Source of the DNA: Amoebophrya sp. A120
Lineage: Eukaryota; Protista; Dinoflagellata
Direction: 5' to 3'
Assembly: GCA_905178155.1 (NCBI GenBank)
Contig: CAJINV010000003.1
Location: 9,183,979-9,247,978 of the forward strand
DNA length: 64,000 nt
Shown here: piece after piece, positions 24,367 to 36,088 of the stretch
How the letters are laid out: every line of letters starts with the position of its first letter
Numbering within the stretch: the stretch's first letter is position 1
Translations under genes and position numbers: made by a program
The notes under the pieces: model-generated
Database searches by the model: none
Told to the model about the DNA's origin: nothing
What the model saw: only the letters and a program-made list of their open reading frames with translations

Positions 24367-27300
24367 TTAGCTGGTCCAGCAGCCCCGAGAACAACGATGC
24401 AGTGACACAGACGTATCCATACTTGCGTTTGATATTGCAGTATCCCCGACGACGTCCTTGATGTGGAGGCGCATTCTTCCCGACCCCACCTCCGTCTCGG
24501 ACACGCGCGCGCGAATGAAAATTCCCGGATTACGCCGGATCTCCTCGGCTGTGGCCCGAAAGGCGGCGTCCCAGGACACTGTTTTGCCGTCGCCCGCGTT
24601 GATGATGCTTTGCACAAGTGTGTCCAGATCCACCACCTGCAGGAGCACGGGGTCCACGGTGGGCACTCGCCGCAGCATCGTGTTCTCGTTGCTGGAGCTC
24701 CAGATCTTTTGCCGGTCCACCTCGTCTCGGACCATGCCGAGCAGTCGCGCCATGGCGCTTCCGATGCGCGAAAGCGGCGCTTCCTCCGGGAACCGGACCA
24801 CAAACTTCGACAGGATTCGCAGCACCAGTTCCGGTCCCCATAGTTGATTCAGGAGCGTCTTTGTCAAATACAGACTTGTCGGCGGTGAGGCAGGAGCAGC
24901 ACCCGTGCTCGCGACTTCAGCATTGACTGCGGTTGGATTTTTTCCCGCAGCAGTCTTGGTCCACCACCCGCTACAGAGCCAGGCGAACCAGGAGGTGGCC
25001 GCTTGTTGGGAACTGGTTTTGGTCCCCGCGTTGCCGGGCCGTTTCGGGACCAACCGCACGGGTTCCGAGGAGTCCGCAAGGTCGTACACCTGCGTGCTGA
25101 GCAAGACGGTCCCCCGAACCACCTGGGTCACACAGTCGCGTATGGCGGCTAAATTGATATTCTCATTGGACTTTGTTACCGTGCGGCGAAACTGCTCCAA
25201 TGCGTTCTCAAATTCTGTCACAGAGGATCGGTCAAAGTTTGGCATCAGGTTGCCCGCGGCCGCGCTCAGATCCCCCTCCGCGCGACGGTCGCGCAACATC
25301 TTTGGCAGCATTGATGACACCTTCGGGGTCGCAGCCTCGACAGCTCCTCCAGCACCACCCGACGCGATAGCACTCGTCGCCTGGAGTGCCATATCCTCGC
25401 GCAGCTTCTCGTCGTATCACACAGGAAAACTACAACATCGAGTAACATTTCACATCAATCACGTGCTGTTTTTTTTTAGGTGACCACGAAATACTTACTT
25501 AACTCCCCAGGCCCAGACACTGCCACTTCTGCATAAAGGGTGAAGTTCCGGTATGCTTATTTGTAGCGGGTCTACCACGAGTAGCGCTACGTAATTCTAT
25601 TAATTTTCCTGAGTGATACGTCGTCCAAATTAGCCCCAGTTTTCCGCAGTTGTGGTGCTTGCGCGGCTTCGAGTTGCGCTTGCAGCCAGGCCTTGCGACT
25701 CTGTCGATTATGCGTTGCAAATAATGCCTGGGTCTAGAAGATTCCTAGATTTGGCACGCTTTTCTGACGTGACTCTAGACCCTCTGACGCACGGGCACAA
25801 ACAGATCCTGCGGTCTGTCATGCACAAACGCGCTTTCCCATGCGGAACAGGAAAACGCACCACATTGGAACTTCTAAAAAATGTGCCATAATTGGCCGCG
25901 TATAGCATTAGCAGTTCGCCCGTCGTAACTCATCACAGCCCAGCGATATATATTTATAATTACAACTTTCCGACTCAAAAATATTTGCAGGGGATATCGA
26001 TACGCGTAGTGCAGCGTCGCTTCCGGTTGCATTTCCACATACATGTGAAGGAACGCGTTCATTTCGGGATCCAGGCTCTCTGCGTCCGACAAAAAAGTCT
26101 GAAACTGCTGCACCAGCAACCTTATCGCGGCACGAAAGTTGAGATCTGTGTTTCCGCGCGCCAAGAGTTTGATCTTTGTCTATGCTTTGCGAATGTGTCG
26201 GGGTCTGAAAAAAGGCAAACGCGTCCTGTGATATTGGGTGGCTGGTCGCACAATAATAATCTCTGTCGCTGGTGCAGGTTCCACCCTCCACGATCGCGAC
26301 CAGAAGCACGGACAGCAAAAGTTGCCGACTTCTTGTCAGCGAAAGAGACGATTTGTCATGCGAGTACTAAGGCAATGAGACAAAGAACCATTCTCGTCTT
26401 TGAAGTCTGTATTTTACAAGTGCTAGGGCTACTTCCAAGCCAGGTCTTCCGAGTCGCGGTAAAACATCATGGCAAACTAACATCTGCCCTCATCCAGGCC
26501 CAGACATATTCGCAAAAATGCATATTGTCAGCAGCGAAGTGATAGATACCAGGTCCGTGTCGAAGACTTCATTGCCGGATGCCCGAAGCTCGCGCAAGGG
26601 CTTGACGAGTGCTGTGCTGAGCTTGTAGGTCTTCCCGTCCCGTTCCGCAGTTTCGCTCACCGGCCGCAGCTTGCGGCGAGAGGCGAAAGAACTCTCTTCA
26701 TCCTCGAAAATGTCATTTTCCACTCTGCTGTCCGAATTCTTCGCGGATGCCGGTGCGTCCGGGTCCCCAGGGTTCACAATTGCCGCAACATCAATCTTCC
26801 TTGGGCGAACGACATTGGCGAGGGGCAGCTGGGCGGAAGAAGCTCCGGCTGCATCTGTTGCCGCAGCCGCGGACATACCGAGGAGGCCGAAAATAAAGTT
26901 TTTAATTTCGCTGAAGAGTACCGCGAGAAAAGAACTCGACGACGAGGACCGTCCGGCGCTGTTCTCACTGGTGCCGTCCATCTCTTCCTCGTTGTCTCCT
27001 GGTGCGAGATTTGACCTTGCAAAAATGTACGCATCCTCGTCCATGAACAGCTCTTCTTGCTCCATGTCCTCATTCTCATTCGCGATGAGATCCGCCTCAG
27101 TTGGAAAGTAGAGCCGCGACGTGATTTCTACGGCATCAAGCACGCTCCGCATGTCGGTTTTCGGGTACAGCTCGCGCAGCGTCTCCCACGCAGCCAGGAC
27201 CTCCAGGTGAGTGTCCTGTTCCCAGAAAAGACGGCGTACAGAGTTCAGCTCCGTCCACACTTCCCGGAGGGGTGGTACCATCTGACTCTCCGCGGCGGTA

Positions 27301-30300
27301 GCGGACGCCATCAGGAGTCCGGACGAAGAAAGGCCTCCACCCCTGACATTCACGTCCTGCTCCTGATCCTCGCCGTCGTCAGTGGCCGCACCAGCACTAG
27401 GATCACCGTAATAATTGCTGAACGGAGCGTCAAGACGTGAGCTGTAGTCCCTGTCCTCCTTGTTGCTCAACGTCTTGGCGGCGCCAACCGACGAGGACCC
27501 TTGCTCGAGCGACCGTTGCGCATCCACGTCCTCGAAGAAATCTGCCACAGTTTCCGCGACGGCCTGCTGGTCCTGGGCGTGGTCCGTTTGCAGCTTCTCG
27601 AGTTCGTCCTGAAACCCCACCGCAACCTCGTTGTCTACCACGTCGTCGGTCGGTGTCATGATAGAATCCACTATGGAAGCGTCAGGATCGAAATCGTCAA
27701 AGTTGAAATAGTTTGCGATGCACAAAATGCTAGACGCAAAGTGCCTGTCTTGCAGAGCAGGCAACTGAGGCCGATTGTAAGCCTGTTTGGGGTGTGAGAT
27801 AGAGCTGCTAAAATAGCATGACAAAAGCAGTCTGCTCTGCTCAAACAACATTACAAATTGGATTTCCATGCTGCCAAAATTTGTCATGCGCCACCTGGGC
27901 TCCAGCTGGTATCGCTTTTTTGCATTGCAGATTATTTCAACTTTGACGATTTCGATCCTGACACTCCCATATCCACCAGGGAGATGGTAGCCCCGTACTG
28001 CTGCTCCAGTGTGACGGTTGGTGCGGGCGTCGTCGTACCCGCCAACGCGGCCGCCGGAACTGCGCTCAAGTCGTCGCCCCGATTGCCCCACTGCGCCTGC
28101 CCGCCAAACGAATAGAAGTCGTAGTACTGCTGTGTTGTACTAGTTCCCGCCGCGCCCGCCGGGCTTTGAAGAAACTGGTACCGCAGGTGCCCAATCTTCG
28201 CTGATAGACGCAGCGCCTCGTTTGTCGTGCCAACTTCGTGAATCATGCTGCGAAGAACCGCAGTGATCGCAAAGAAGTGGTCTGCCGATTTCTCAAGCGA
28301 GTAATCACTTAGGTTTTCCAGTGCCTGCAACATTTCGGAGAATGAGAAAGGATGATCGCCGAGACCATTGTCGGTGTAGCCCCACGAAAGCATGTTCTTC
28401 ACACTGTCGTCCCGACCAACACGCGACTTCGCGAGCCGACACAGCTCCCGGCCGATATGCAAAGAGGCGGTGCGCATTTTGTCAACCCGGTGCTTCCGCG
28501 TCGCCGATCCGGTGCTTTCGCGGAGTCGACGGCCTTGACTTCCAGTGGCTCCTGCTTGTTGCTGTTGCTCTCCCGCCGGCAGCGGGTAGTTCTCAGCAAG
28601 TTCGGTCGTCGTGCCGCTAGTATCATCTAAACCTCCGCGTACCTTTGGGAACGTCACGCCCGCGAAGTCCCCGAGCAAGTACCCGACCTGAGCCAGGTCT
28701 GTAAGTGATTCCGACGGATAACATAGTTTCAGAGTCGTTAGCAAACGCATCCCATCGGCGATGTTCCGAAACCAGTGTGAATCCACGAACTTTTTGGATG
28801 CGCGAAAGGTCTTGCGCTCCTCTTCGGGAGGAGAGGGACCAAGCAATTCCTCCTCAAGCTTGAGTTGCTCTGCCTGCTCCTGTTGATCACTGGCAGAAGT
28901 TGAGGTTGACCCGTCAGCATCACTGCCAATCGCCTGCGCCACACGAGGACGCACCACCTCGGTCTGCCACTCGTAGTACATGTCCTCGAGGTACTCGTTG
29001 TACTCCTCCGCACGCCTTCGGGCGTACAAACTTCTGCCGTTGTCAAAGTCCTGCTGGTATCCTGTGCGACACAAACGCTCTTCCTCTACTACAGTGTCAA
29101 GGTGCGAGCTCTGGTGCTGTAGCTATACGAGTATTTACAATCCATGGGGCATACTTAATTATGAAGCAAACAGCTTGTGCAGCTTTTTTACCGTGGAAAT
29201 TGCGAACGATAAGTGGACCCGCACTGTCCTCACGAGTAGAAACTAGCCTCGCCGTATCACGGAGCCAGTATTTTTTCCTGGTGACTAGAGTACTACGGGT
29301 GCAGTCCATTTTCACTTTACTTGTCCAGCCCGGTTTTAATTATTTACACTCAAAGCACCTCTCAGCGAGCGGCATATGGACAAAATAGTGCAGGCACGTG
29401 CCTCGCCACATGCGGCTCGCTGCGATGAAATTGATGGAAAAAGGACTTGCAACATAACACGTGTGTTTTGGAGAGAGGCGTCTTTACACAGGATAGCTCA
29501 ACCTTATTGGTTTTTTCAGACTCCTGTAACTGCAGCAGGCGCCGGTATCGCCTGATTGCTTGCTTCTTCAGCAGGCTAACATCCCCAGCGAGCTCCTTCA
29601 GACTCACCCAGCGGCCGGACAGCAGCGGCCCGGTTTGCTTCAGAAGTTCCGTCACTAGTGGCTCCAGGCCCTGCAGGTCGCGAATTTTCTTTACCGACAA
29701 GCTGGCCTCCCCGGTGCTTGTTCGGGCACCACTTGCCTCTGGGACTTCCGGTACAGAGTCAACGTTGCAGTCCTGGTCTCCGTAAGCAGCAAGGAAGTCT
29801 AGAACCCCGTTGACGCCCTCCGTCAGCGAAATCGGATGCAGGGATTTACTTCCGGAGGCATCCGCCAATGCTACCGCAGTGGTCGTAGGGCCAGTCAACG
29901 AACTGAGACTGGATATCAAAGAGCCATCGGTGGCGCCATTCCCGTTCGTCGCAGAAGATGGGTCGGCGGTGGCGGTGGACAATCCTCGCAGCTTCTCAAA
30001 TTCGCTACGAACCACATGAAAGTTCCGCTCCTTGGGGAAGCCTTGGACGAAGCGCTCCATCTCGGTTCTCAACTCCCTGAGTTCGTGCAAACCAAAGGAG
30101 CGCAGCAAACTTGTTACGTCATCGCGAAAACCCGCGCTCGTTGTGCAAGTCGAGGCAGATTGAGGCCATTTCGTCGCTGCCTTAGAAGCGCTTCTTGTTG
30201 TATCCAAGCCGTCAGCTGCACTGTTTGCCGTCGCGGTGGCAGCCGTGCTGTCCTCACGAACCTCACCCGACTCCTGGAAAACCACGCCGACGGCAGCAGA

Positions 30301-32132
30301 ACGGGCAGTGTCAGCAGGAACACATGTCTCCTGCAACGGAAAGGCCTGCAGCAGCCAGGTCAAGTGAGACACTGCAGCCGTCAAGTTGTCGTTTACCGAC
30401 CCGCGCATTTTTACCGCAGAAAGCAGGTCAACTAGTTGCACCAGAGGTTCGCCTTGCGTGGCTCCTCTCAGGGAATCGGCAAGAAACCGTGCGTCGAGAA
30501 GACTTCGGATCAGATCTTCCGGGCGGTCCCGGAAAGCACTCTGAAATCCACTGGCCTTAAGCTTCGCGCACTGGGTGTACAATTGTCGCACGTCTTGCAC
30601 GTCACTGAAGTAGCGGGCAACGTTATCATGAGAAAAAGGTGTTACAGTTAGTACACATCTGTTGGAGTTTCTGCATCGCAAATTTTCTCTGTGTGGCAGA
30701 GAAAACTTGCAATGCGAAGATCATAAGGGAAAACAGGAAGGAAACGAGGCTCCCAAGCATTTCCTGCATGAGAAAGGTTGTCTGTGTTGCCGCTTGCAAT
30801 ACAATGTGTAACTGTAACACTTTTTCCTTGCGATAAACGTCACGATACCCGTCCATCACCGAGGCCAAGTTCGTTCTTTGTTCGAATAAGTTCGAGAAAT
30901 CTGCTAGACTTTGGGCGACCGCCGTCTCAACTTGCGGCGCCAGGCGCTGTCCGTCCTGGGCAGTAAAGTCTTGCAAATACTTCCATGTCCATCCGAGTCG
31001 CAAGTCGTCAAACGGGGCGGTGCGCAGAATCCGAAAGCTCTCCGCGAACGCAACGAAATCAAACGCAGCCGACTGCTGTGCAACAACATCCTCCACCTCG
31101 GCAAATTTCAACCCTGCAATAACGTTTTCAGCTTTTTTGTATCAATGTCAGCGACCGATATGCGCCAATTTGGGTATTGTTACGATGTGCGTGAGGTTAG
31201 CTGTCAGGACAGCTTTGGTAAGTACTCGACCGACACACGAGCTGAACAGCGCTAGCAATGCAACTCATCGAGGCTTTTCGATATTTATACTAAACCAAAA
31301 AAATCAGCATCCAGGCTCCGAATCACATTTGATGATTTAGTGGTCTGTATTTGAGTGGGCCTGAAAATTGTATGTTGTTCTCTACGTACTTTACACGGAA
31401 AATGCAACGTACTCTGTAGTATGTGATTGCGAAGATCGTTGAAATTATACCGGGTAAGGCGGCAGCAAGAGTGCGAAGCCCGTCGGTGAGCTTTTCGAAA
31501 GAAGTGCTGGGAAACTTGGACTGGATCTGGAAGATGTGATGCTCGAAAAGGTCTTCCCGGAAATTGGTCGCGTCGTCGGAACTCCGTCCACCCTGAAACT
31601 CCCCTAGGTTGAAACTGACCTCGGGAAACACGGCCGCGGCCTGTGCCAGCAAGGGGCCCACGGCGCCTGTGCTCTGCTTGCACATGTGCTCTCCAACTGC
31701 AGCCTTCCACCACTGCCCGCAGCGTCCATACCGTTCATCACAGCCCTGGTCGCAACTGCACCAATCCGCGCTGCCCCCACACCACCCGAACGCGCTGCAG
31801 CAACCGTTTTCGCACCGCGTCCCGAACCCCGCACCGCAGCGACCGTCAGTAGATGCAGGGAGTAGAGACAACTTGCTACTTTCTTTGTTCTTGGAAGCTT
31901 TCGCAGCAAGTTTCTCCGCGACCGCTGGGTGGTGATTCGACTGCTCTGCACCCTGAAAGGCGCTAGTTGCAGCATCTCCCTGACCGGCATCCGGTTTGGA
32001 CAATGCAAAATCGGAGATGAGCGCCCACAAAAAAAGCAGTTCCGGCAGAAGGGGGGGATAGATGCGCCCGGGTCTTGTGCAATGCCTCTCAACATTCTCC
32101 ATCTGGTGCAAATTGCGCCTCTGCGACCTCAT
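24367..32132 (-). CDS. Large uncharacterised protein with putative signal peptide and N-terminal hevein (chitin-binding type 1/CBM18) domain, multi-exon
   Basis: GRCGAGFGTRCENGCCSAFGWCGGSADWCSCDQGCDERYGRC at about 31715-31850. Successive long ORFs join in frame on removing TIR inserts at 30624, 27672 and 26181; the link to the 24367-25392 exon is less certain. Confidence 0.65.
26181..26524. mobile_element. Divergent family-A-related TIR introner (344 bp), TSD TTGTC
   Basis: tatgctttgcgaatgtgtcggggtctg / caggcccagacatattcgcaaaaatgcata; TTGTC on both sides; removal gives SLLT-KIKLLARG. Confidence 0.85.
27672..27971. mobile_element. Introner family B copy 1 (300 bp), TSD TCCAC
   Basis: About 39-bp TIR tatggaagcgtcaggatcgaaatcgtcaaagttgaaata / tatttcaactttgacgatttcgatcctgacactcccata; removal gives ISLVD-SIMTP. 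Confidence 0.95.
30624..30835. mobile_element. TIR introner (212 bp), TSD AACGT
   Basis: tatcatgagaaaaaggtgttacagtta / taactgtaacactttttccttgcgata; removal gives YRDV-ARYFSD. Confidence 0.9.
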
Positions 32133-33224
32133 AGACGATGATAGAAGAACTTCACACGAATCATTCAATTCGACACTCACTTCGCATTAGATCTTTACGC
32201 GAAGGTCACTGTATCTATTTTGCTCTTGGCGCCGACCGAATCATTTTTTGTAAGTATCTAGCAAGCTGATACTTTCTTTGTGTTGTCTAGCAAAATCTTC
32301 ATCGGAAAACCATTCTAACAAACATGAAGGTGAGCAAGTATCAACGTAGCATCGGAATTCTTAAAGAGGAAGCAGCAGCAGCAAATAACAATAAGTATGT
32401 ATCGCTCAATCATATAATCGTCGCTCAACCTTGCACAAGTGGCTCTGCACCACGAGACACGAATACCCATATTGGGCTTATCTTTCGTTGGAAAAGCTGC
32501 ACCGCCGCATTTACATATCGTACTCTCTCACAAGCTCAGCACTTCTCAAGATATCTCATCTGCGCACCAGTTGTCAATGAAGATTATGCACAGCACGCAC
32601 GACTCAAAATTTGCATCGACACCAATCACGATGGATAACGAAACGACGACCACTGCTGGCGGAACACTTCTACGGTGACGGCCTTCAGCGTTAGTTGCGT
32701 AGTACATTGACGGTCCTCTATTGCAACCAGTGCTACTGCTAGAGCAGTAGACATGGAGTAAGCATAATGCGCGTAACCCTTAAAATGGGGGGCATACTGC
32801 CAGCATACTGCTCTGTTCTCCAAGTGCAAGTCCTCACGGGAAAACATCTGCGGATGCAATTAACAGGCTCTCGAAACAAAAGAGAGTGTCGTGGAACAGG
32901 GAGGTGCTTTTGAAATTCTACGTACACGTAGAGCGTTGGAAATTCGACTAGAAACTCTCGAAACAAAAGCTCACGAAACGAAACGAGTCTGGTATTTTGC
33001 ATTTGCATCAACCAGACGGACGTAGAGATAATTGCGGCTCCTGCAAAGGAAACTACCCTAGTGCTGCCATTCTCCAGCGGCAAAAGAAAATGCAATCTAA
33101 TGGAACAGCAGCAGCTTCCTGGCAGAGCAGATGAAGTAGGGCAATCCGCTTTGCTTACCTTTTTTTGGTATCAAGCAGGACGAGCAGTACCTCCTCCGTG
33201 TTCAGGATTTCGCGTCATCGATCT

Positions 33225-35749
33225 CTACGAAGCCGCGAAGGGAACGTCATCGAAGACGCTACTGAGCATGTAGCCGATTTTGGGTCGCATCAGAGGCTCC
33301 TCTTGTGTACTCTCTCCGATCATCCACCTCAGTGCCTATGCATTGCAAACATGTCTGCGTCTGAGTGTACTTACCAAAATAGGCATTGAATAAGTCTGAG
33401 ATCTATAATCATCCATGGCATGAGTAGCAACCGAGAGATCCGGTCACGACGGACGCCGGTCCCGTCTTTTGCGATTCCTACACGCGTACGTTCTTGGGAA
33501 AAGGAAAGCGGGAAGAGAAGGACGAAAAAAAAAAACGAGCATACCAGACCTTCTGGGTGACTGTGATACCAGCGCCATATTTATTCTACCAAGCTTCTGC
33601 ACAGTTTCCTTCGCAGACCACATGTTTCGCATTGGATATTGCCGGGTTGATGCTGAAATCCCACGACACTCCTGCGTCTGGATTCCTCGTCCACAGGTTC
33701 AGCGTTTTGCCACAGCTGTAGATGTCGGCGCGAAACCCATCGTATCCCATTTTATTCGGATCCGTGATTTCTGGCGCTCGGAAACCCTCGGTGCCACAAC
33801 TGCACGACTGCAGAAAGCCCTTCCCGGACACTTGAATAGCGCTCCCGAAGTCGCATAGCTTTAACCGATCCTGAAGAAAGTGCATTGAAATGTTGGGATT
33901 TTTTTCAGTAAATAGAAATACAGATCATAAACGCAAACTACTACTACAGTGACGGAATACCATGAATCCTTCTCCGTACTAGTGGAGGAGTTGTAGTGCG
34001 CTAGAAGTGCATACTTCTAACTCATTGCTCGCACAACTTTCTGCCTTGTTGTGCTTGAGTCATCAATATCGTCGCCATCTTCAGCCTCTGCTCTCGAGCG
34101 TGCCCCGAAGTGCTTCTTCTTTGCGTTGGAGTCTCCTCAAACTTCTTCGATGCGCAGTCGGCTTAGGATGTTCGTGCTCCACTTACACTAGCAATGCTAC
34201 ACAAATGAAATTTCTAATTCTATTATTAATTATGTTTTTGGAAGTAGATACGGAAACATTTATTGACCTCAGACACGGCCGCAGAGTGTTCTTCTTGCGT
34301 TCAACAACGCCGTTGGTAGATCAAATTGAAAATTGGACTGCATCGCGTTCGCGATAGCCTGACAAAAGACAGTAAATAAACTGCAGCACCGCAAATAGTA
34401 CCTTCATGTCCACAAGAACGTTGCCCGGCTTCAAGTCGCCATGTACAATTCGTTTCTCCTCGTGCAGGTAATGTAGCGTAAGGAGAAACTGACGCATATC
34501 AAATGTAAAAATGTCTGGGTCCGGAAGAATGCAACCTGTCATGCTTCTAAATCTGAAGCATGCAAGAGTCTGTGTTGCGTGATTACCAAAAGTCGTCCAG
34601 TTTTGACCAAGTCGGGAGGGAGTTTCTCATGCAGGATAGGCATGAGAGAGATCGCACAGAATCTGTCACGCTAGGTCCTGCATTCCAGACCTCATGGGTC
34701 ATGGAAAAGCTGCATGACAAATCTTGCAATCTTCCAGACCCAGACACTTTTACATTTGATAACGCACCAGAGCGAGCAATCTGCGGTTGTACTCCTCCTC
34801 ATTTTCGAATTCCACTGTAAGGGGCAGCGGAAACTCTTTCATCACTTGGATGAGTTCGGTGCGGTGCAGACCCTCCCCGGTGGTCGGGTGGCGACGCAAT
34901 AGCCAATGTGGACGCACCCCAAGCCGCTCGGCTTGGCCGTCGGCGGTTGTGACACGGTAAACAGGGTCGTTTGCATCGCAGTTTATGCCCAGGGGCCGCG
35001 AAAAAAAAGTGATGGGTTGGAGTCGCGTCCACCGCTTCGGCAATTGCTCCGTGTATTCTTGTGAGTCCATCTTGCACAGCTCGCTCAGGAAGTACAGCGA
35101 AAATGGATCCTGTGAAAGTGTATAGTCCGGTTGCTTTGCAATTGCAGGCCTAGTTCACGTAGAGCCGATGGGGGCCATGACTTGACTGCTACGTGTTTCG
35201 TCTCGCCTCGGGTTCGGAAATGACAGTGCTGAGCCTGCTTTTCCTAATCGGTTCTCACTAATTCATGTTCTTTTATCCCAGAAAAAAGCAGACCGCCTTC
35301 AAAATCATATTCCCTATGGATACAAACAGAAACATGGCTACTTGTTTTTAGACATGGAACAAAGAATAAAAGCTGTCCACTCATTGTCAGCATTGCCTAG
35401 GGAAAAGAATAGATCCTACCTCAAGGTACACCCCAAAAAAGCGCACGATGTTGGAATGCTGCAGGTGTGCGAGCATTTGCACCTCTTTTGTAAACGCTTC
35501 CATGTGCGGGCTTCTTTTCGACACTTCCTTCAGAGCAAAAAACCGTCCGTTGTTTACTCCTTTCACCGTGCAGCCATCCCACGGATCCTGTTTAGTGGGT
35601 CTGAAAAAACCAGTCCGGGTCATGGTTCTTGAGAGCTCGTCGCGGAACGTCGCGGACGTGCGCTGCGTGCTGTCCTGTGCACTTCCCCGCAGTCGAGAAA
35701 AACCCTCGCGATCCCGCAGAATCTCCGAAGCTGGATGTGAATTGAGCAT
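33225..35749 (-). CDS. Ser/Thr protein kinase domain, multi-exon; probably the 3' part of a gene starting near 40218
   Basis: FALKEV, FTKEVQMLAHLQHSNIVRFFGVY, IVHGDLKPGNVLV, LKLCDFGSA, GTEGFRAPE, ADIYSCG, PLMRP. Confidence 0.85.
33337..33638. mobile_element. Degenerate family-A-related TIR introner (302 bp), TSD GTGCC/TTGCC
   Basis: tatgcattgcaaacatgtctgcg / cgcagaccacatgtttcgcattggata; removal joins SINPA to RWMIGESTQEEPLMRP in frame. Confidence 0.75.
34497..34761. mobile_element. Introner family A copy 2 (265 bp), TSD ACGCA
   Basis: Family A TIRs; removal gives LLALVR-QFLLTLHYLH upstream of HGDLKP. Confidence 0.95.
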
Positions 35750-36088
35750 GATCCAAAATCTAGTATCAAAATTTGTTTATTTACAAGTTTCCGGGCCGAA
35801 CCTCGTAGACTACTACGGAACAGGCTTACTCAGCTGGAATTGGAACAACTTACACACGTGCCAAGAACAAATCGAAAGCTACCGGCTCCAGATTCTATCT
35901 AATTTAATGGCGACCGTTTTGATTTTACACTTTCGATCTCGTGTCCAGCAGAGAGCGCTGTAACTCTGCATACCAAGCCTGCGTCTCCAGACGCACCTAC
36001 GCCAAAAATGAAGCGATATCGCGGCGTCCATCAGGCTGAAGTAAGTAGAACTGGTCGGTATGTTGGCAATATGAGCCGGAGAATAAAT

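Noticed and set aside
26490-28091. 533-aa ORF as a single gene
   Set aside because: It reads through element B1 from a shifted frame; the true frame joins the 27932-29074 ORF after removal
32868-32969. 15-bp direct repeat ctctcgaaacaaaag
   Set aside because: Only two copies in intergenic DNA with no further structure
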